A stretch of 64,000 bases of DNA from Chrysemys picta bellii (lineage: Eukaryota). Under the pieces are notes generated by a model that saw only the letters and a list, made by a program, of their open reading frames with translations, had not been told where the DNA came from and ran no database searches. Each line of letters starts with the position of its first letter. Position 1 is the first letter of the stretch. This document shows positions 59,501-64,000 of this stretch, piece after piece. The stretch lies in contig NC_088802.1 of the NCBI RefSeq assembly GCF_011386835.1, positions 44,392,001 to 44,456,000 on the forward strand, in the 5' to 3' direction. The translations under genes were made by a program, and so were the position numbers.

Positions 59501-62500
59501 TGCCAGTGCAAAACCACAGAGCAGCTGCTGATCCCACTGACTCTGCCCCCGTCAGTAGGCCCCTGTCAATAACTGCAGGAGCAGTTAATAATTTCCCTTG
59601 TTTGAGCCTTGCTGGGCCATTAGTTCTGTGTGTACGGTGGCAGTGGTTAGGTATGATAGAATCATAGGGTGAAATCCTGGCTCCATTGAAGTCAATGGCA
59701 GAACTCCCATTGACTGCAGTGGGGCCAGGATTTAACCCCTTGAAACCAGAGAGGGGAAAATCCTCTGGAGGTGCCAGCCTCCTCCATCACTGCAGGTTTG
59801 CCCCCAACCATGTATTTTCCAGTGCTCTGCTCAGTCTGGCTTGGCTCTTACATATGTGTCCGTTGTGAGTTCAATCCTTGAGGGGGCCACTTAGGGAGCT
59901 GGAGCAAAATCAGTACTTGGTCCTGCTAGTGAAGGCAGGGGGCTGGACTCTATGACCTTTCAAGGTCCCTTCCAGTTCTAGGAGATAATAATATTAATGG
60001 AGATATCCTATTTTTTTCATGTTCTGTTCCCACACGACACATGCTGCTGTGTTTCAAGCCCCACATGCCGGCCTTGGTTCCAGAGCTGCACGGGACCCTG
60101 CCTCAGCTCTGTGTGATAGCATGCAGGGAAGGTCTGGTTTCTAATCCCCAATAATGAGGGATTAAAGTTATTGAATCTTTTATGAATAAAATTAATCCTT
60201 CCTGGATTAAGGGGCCACTTGTGCTCCTGTTTTAACTTGTTCAGTTTGGGAATCTATAACCCAAGTACAATAGGAGGCGGAACCAAAATGCCAGTCTGGA
60301 TTTTCCCAGCTCACTCCCTATGCCATCAGGAGATTGAAATGGAGAATTTACAGCAGCACTGGGCGATCTTTCTCCCACCTCAGTCCCTGGACGGTCAGCC
60401 CCTGCGCTGCAGTTTGATTGCCCAAGTTGTCATCCTGTTAAATCTGGTGTGTTTAAACTCACCAATGTGGCTTCCCCTTTTCAGAGTCAGACAGAACTTT
60501 CCCTAGCAAACGGCTGTCTGTTCCTGCCCCGAAGTTTCCTTAGTGCCCACCCTGAGCAGAGGGGTGGGAACAGATGGCTGCCTTTAGGGAGAAATGAAAG
60601 GTGGTCATCTCTAGAGCTTGGATTCTGGGGCCTGTGTCAACTCTGAATGTTGGCACCGGAGGGTTTTCATAGCGCCACTGCAGCTTTTGTTTGTATCATG
60701 TGTCTGCGCCACTCCTGACTTGCTTTGTGCTTTCCATTCTGATTAGCTCTGTAGGGACAACAGTAGCTTCCCTTTCCTCCTCGAGGACTTGATTGTGGTT
60801 TTTTTCTTGGTCTCTTTGGGTCAGATTCTGCTTTCATTTACACTGGTGTAAATTCAGAACGACTCCATTAAGGTCAGTGGAATCTGTCTGGATTTACAAA
60901 GGGGTGGCCAGGAGCAGAACATGCCCTCTTGATTTCAGTGGGAGTCGCTTGTATCTGTGGCAGGAGAAAGGGTTTCCTGGTATTTATGGGATTGTAGCTT
61001 TGACATGAAGGCTATCTGCCTGTCCTCATCTCCTGCCAGCGCCTTGTCTCTCCTTAGATTGCTATTGTTTGTTAATGGAAGTCTGCAAAACAAAAACCCT
61101 TCCCTCATGGGCTTGGACTATCAAACTAGATTCACCACAGAACCCACCAACAGCCTCATCCTTTTTCTGCCACTGCAGAATAATTCCTTCCAGCACACAA
61201 TAATAAATAGCCATTTTCCAACCTGCTCCTCCCTTCGATCATTTCCCTGCACCAGGTTTCCAGAGCTTTGTAAATACAAACTGATCATGGCCTTCCCAGT
61301 GCAGGTCCTTTACAGAAAGATCTACTACTAACCATTGCCATGTCTGTTAAGAGGGACCCTCCTGCAGCATCTCCTCTCCTCACGTAGCTACCTTTACAGA
61401 CAAGGTGCTTTGGAGTTTTCAGATTAGTATTGTGGCTTGAACTGTCTTGCCCTGATAAATGGACCCTGATCATGGTGTCCCTGGAGTTAAAAGCTATGTC
61501 TACACAGCAACTAGACACCCATGGCTGGCCTGCTCAGGCTGTGGGGATGTTTCATTGCTTTGTAGACTTCCAGGACTAGGCTGGAGCCCAGGCTCTAGGA
61601 CCCTGTGGAGAGGGGGGCTCCCAGAGCTCAGGCAGTCTACACCACAATGAAACAGCCTGAGTCAGCTAGCGTGGGCCAGCCCTGGGTTTTGCTTTGCTGT
61701 GTAGACATACAAAGCCCCAAACTTCCTTGTACAGATGAGGTCTCCGGTGGATTTGACGTGACCTTTCTGAAAGTGAAAGCAATTGTTGCTCTCTCCCATT
61801 GCAAATCACAGAGTCCTTGCAAATAACGTCTTGGTTAAAACTGGCATGTCTTGGCCTCCTCTTGATGTGGTGAGGTTGGGGTTGGGGCGACAGGTAGCAT
61901 TTGTCCTGTTTTCGTGCTAATCGGAAAAGGAACGGCAGAGTTTCAGCAAAATGCGAAGGGCCCAGGAAGCAACAGAAACCCACAGCTGCACATGCAAATC
62001 GGTGTGCGACAGCAGTGCAGCTGCATTCTCCTGGGCACATCCGCTGCTCCCTGCTTTGACAATGTGGCTGTACAGGTTTGAGCCGCCTCTCGCATGTACA
62101 TCTGTGTCAATCAAGAGTAGCACCGCTGCCGTCAGTGCAGCTACAGGAGAGTAAAAGCCGTGGAAGTGAGAGGGGAATCAGGTCCCGGGTGGGTAAACAG
62201 TACCATTTCTAAGCTCTGTCAACCCAATACTAAAACAGGATGTAAACTGGCTTTCAATCTGACGCTGGCTCCCTCAGTGGCAGTGTCGCCTTCAGGAAGG
62301 CTGTTCTTGCCAGCATCAGAGTCAGAAATGGTATCTGAAATGGAACATTCAATTTATGTGCTCTGGGCCAAATTCAGGCCTGGTGTAAACAGTTGCAACC
62401 CTGCTGAAGTCTGTGGAGTTGCACCTGCCTACACCAGGGATGTCTGCTCTGGGCAGAGAGGTGTTAGAATGCTGAACATTAAACCCAACGCTGCAGGTGG

Positions 62501-63687
62501 GTGTGAGCCTGGGATCTCGGGGGCACCATTCTGCTGGGAAACGGGGTTGCTCATGGGGGCAGCAAGGCACAAGGAGGGTTGGAGTCTTTAAATGTCTCCA
62601 GGTGTGGTGAGGAGTTGTCCCCAGCCCCAGCTTCGAAGCTGTCTTACAGGAGGTTCCTTCTAGGACGGGGCTAACATGGTTTGAAAGCTCAGTCTAGACA
62701 GGGGCCGTTGTAACACATACTCATAGCCGAATAAGTAGTGTTAGGGTTTAACTCCTGCCTTTTGGTTTCTCGGGGTGTGTGTGGTGGTTTTCCATCAGCA
62801 GAGAATGCAAGTGCCCTGCTGTCAGGTTTCCAGGGACTGTTCATTACTCCCTGGGCAGCGGGTGTCACCCCAGCCTGACTTCCCTCTCTCTCCCCACACA
62901 GGTTGGCTGTAAGGCCCTGGTGTTCCCCACTCAGTTTAAATCCCAGAGATACTATGAGATCCTGAAGCAAACTTGTCCTGAGCTAGAGAAATCCAGTCCA
63001 GGGGGAATAAAGAGCAAGAGGTGAGTGAGAAACACCAGAGATCCTCTTGTGGTCCCCCAGGGCTGTGCCCTGCACTGGGCCCTCACGCTTGCAGGGTGAC
63101 AAACCTACTACTGAACCTGGTGGATGATCCCAGGGGAAAAGAGGTCCAAAGCAAATATCTCTGTGTAGGCTTTTATACGCTGTGGCACCCATCACCCTGT
63201 TATCTGAGCACCAAATAGACCGCAGATCACTGGCTGATAACAACTGGGACCCGCACCCTGTTCCAGTTAGGAATCAGCCATTATCCTTCCCCAGCAAACA
63301 GAGGAGATCTCGCTTAGACCGACCTGGGCTGGAGCTGAGTGCCCTGTGTTACACACAGCTCCTCCCATGTAACCTGCGTTCCAAAGAGGAGAAAGGAAGA
63401 AGAGTCTAGTATGGCATTATCCCCTTGGGCTCATCCCAGGCGTTAACCCCTAGCAGCACACAAGCACCAAGGCAGTCTGTCCTCCTGACTCTGCTGTTGC
63501 TGACAGTATTTTTCTTTGTCTCAGGCTGCCAGACCTAGCAGTTGTAATCACGTTAGACTCCAAGCTGCCTGGTGCGTTCCAGATGAGCGAGGTGATGCAG
63601 GCTGGGGACAGCAGCCATATGAAGCAGTTACGAGAGGTCCAACAGACTCTGTCCTGCAACGAGCCCATCAACATCCAGTTCACTTCT
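44541..63687 (+). CDS. ACSF2: Medium-chain acyl-CoA ligase ACSF2, mitochondrial; exons 1-6 (gene continues beyond the window)
   Basis: Exons 44541-44632, 55970-56165, 57724-57852, 58913-58966, 62902-63020 and 63525-63687, GT-AG with consistent phases. Peptides: [30 protein letters not shown] (mitochondrial-targeting-like), [94 protein letters not shown], and EPINIQFTS, which begins the AMP-binding motif (QFTSGTTG). Confidence 0.96.
45021..45116. mobile_element. Short MER5-like hAT MITE
   Basis: TIRs caatggttctcaa / tgagaaacactg. Degraded 8-bp TSD ctctaact / ctccaacc. Confidence 0.55.
46210..46360 (-). mobile_element. CR1 LINE 3' fragment
   Basis: catagattataaagccagaagggacctctaggatc...tataacacaggccatag is the reverse complement of a CR1 3' end. 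Confidence 0.6.
47333..48460 (+). mobile_element. Solo LTR (1128 bp) in ACSF2 intron 1, sense orientation
   Basis: TGTGAC...GTCACA inverted termini, a perfect 5-bp TSD CTGCG (47328-47332 and 48461-48465), TATATAAA at ~47777 and AATAAA at 48062. Confidence 0.88.
52995..53180 (-). mobile_element. tRNA-derived tortoise polIII/SINE (CR1-tailed), full length
   Basis: The minus strand reads GGGAGGGATAGCTCAGTGGTTTGAGCATTGGCCTGCTAAACCCAGGGTTGTGAGTTCAATCCTTGAGGGGGCC (A and B boxes), followed by the CR1-like tail ggactcgatgacctttcaaggtcccttccagttct. Confidence 0.88.
53822..53950 (+). mobile_element. MIR-like CORE-SINE
   Basis: 'gtgtgatcttgggcaagtcacttagcctccctgggcctcagtttcccatctgtaaaatgggaata'. Confidence 0.65.
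54937..55136. mobile_element. Second copy of the 200-bp TG..CA element with tRNA-like boxes
   Basis: TGTAAC...GCTACA, exactly 200 bp like 32503-32702. Shares gcatgagtct..actgcatgagctaaaagcc..ttagctaaggctgtaga..cagac.cattaatctct. Near-TSD tata/tatc. Confidence 0.75.
55272..55399. mobile_element. Penelope-like terminal fragment (single arm)
   Basis: gtagccatgttagtctgtatc...gtggcaccttaaagactaacaggtttatttgggcataagcttttgtggg...cacttctttagatgca is homologous to the element at 35507. Confidence 0.75.
55467..55912. mobile_element. hAT-family MITE (446 bp) with a perfect 8-bp TSD
   Basis: TIR CAGGGCCGGCTC / GAGCCGGCCCTG. TSD CTTACTGG at 55459-55466 and 55913-55920. Confidence 0.9.
59862..60010 (+). 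mobile_element. Tortoise polIII/SINE, 5'-truncated
   Basis: About 125 nt with 5 mismatches to the reverse complement of the 52995-53180 copy. Confidence 0.85.
61495..61709. mobile_element. Palindromic MITE (gtctacac/gtgtagac family, probably PIF/Harbinger-like)
   Basis: Perfect 16-bp TIR TATGTCTACACAGCAA (61495-61510) / TTGCTGTGTAGACATA (61694-61709), with nested internal inverted repeats. Confidence 0.7.
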
Positions 63688-64000
63688 GTAGGTACCGCAC
63701 GCTGCTCTGCCTTGCACCGGACACCAGATCCGGCGACCCCTGTGGCCAGTGCTAAGCAGGCTACTCCCTTTGACACCTGGTCACTTGGGGTGGATACTGT
63801 CCCATCTTCCCTGGCCCTTTCAGAATAGGATTTAGGAGGTCATCTAGGATTTTCCCCTTTTCTCCACCACTTCCATGGCTTGCCCCTTCCCAGGAGCTGA
63901 CAGCAGGGATGAGATGTGGGGGCCTGTGTGCCATGGAGCTCTGATCCCAGCAGCAGTTGGTCTGTGTCATATCATTTGTGGGGCTGTCGGATCAGAGGCT

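Overview
Vertebrate genomic DNA, very probably a turtle. The evidence is tortoise polIII/SINE copies, CR1 3' ends, Penelope-type fragments, GC-rich hAT MITEs and TG..CA solo LTRs. The window is syntenic with human 17q21.33. Spliced gene models were rebuilt by hand from GT-AG boundaries and reading-frame continuity. In order: the last three exons of an unidentified plus-strand gene encoding three PY (PPxY/LPxY) motifs, which the ORF track misses; MRPL27 (-, complete, 147 aa); EME1 (+, complete, 597 aa), sharing a CpG/ETS bidirectional promoter with MRPL27; LRRC59 (-, complete, 306 aa, with a probable extra 5' non-coding exon); and ACSF2 exons 1-6 (+, continues past the window). The ~14.6 kb between LRRC59 and ACSF2 is packed with transposons and minisatellites and contains a 152-nt assembly gap. 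Almost all other ORF-track entries are intronic or repeat noise, and the track gives the wrong strand for the EME1 ORF at 12239. The most interesting signals are: (1) a ~280-nt structured segment of an LRRC59 intron, ending at the branch point, with a diverged second copy 2.7 kb away flanked by a perfect 13-bp target-site duplication; (2) the unnamed triple-PY-motif gene; (3) a 180-nt Penelope palindrome with hammerhead-like cores on both strands; (4) 200-bp LTR-like elements carrying tRNA-like Pol III boxes; (5) a 96%-identical inverted SINE pair bracketing ACSF2 exons 2-4. There are no rRNA, true tRNA or CRISPR features.
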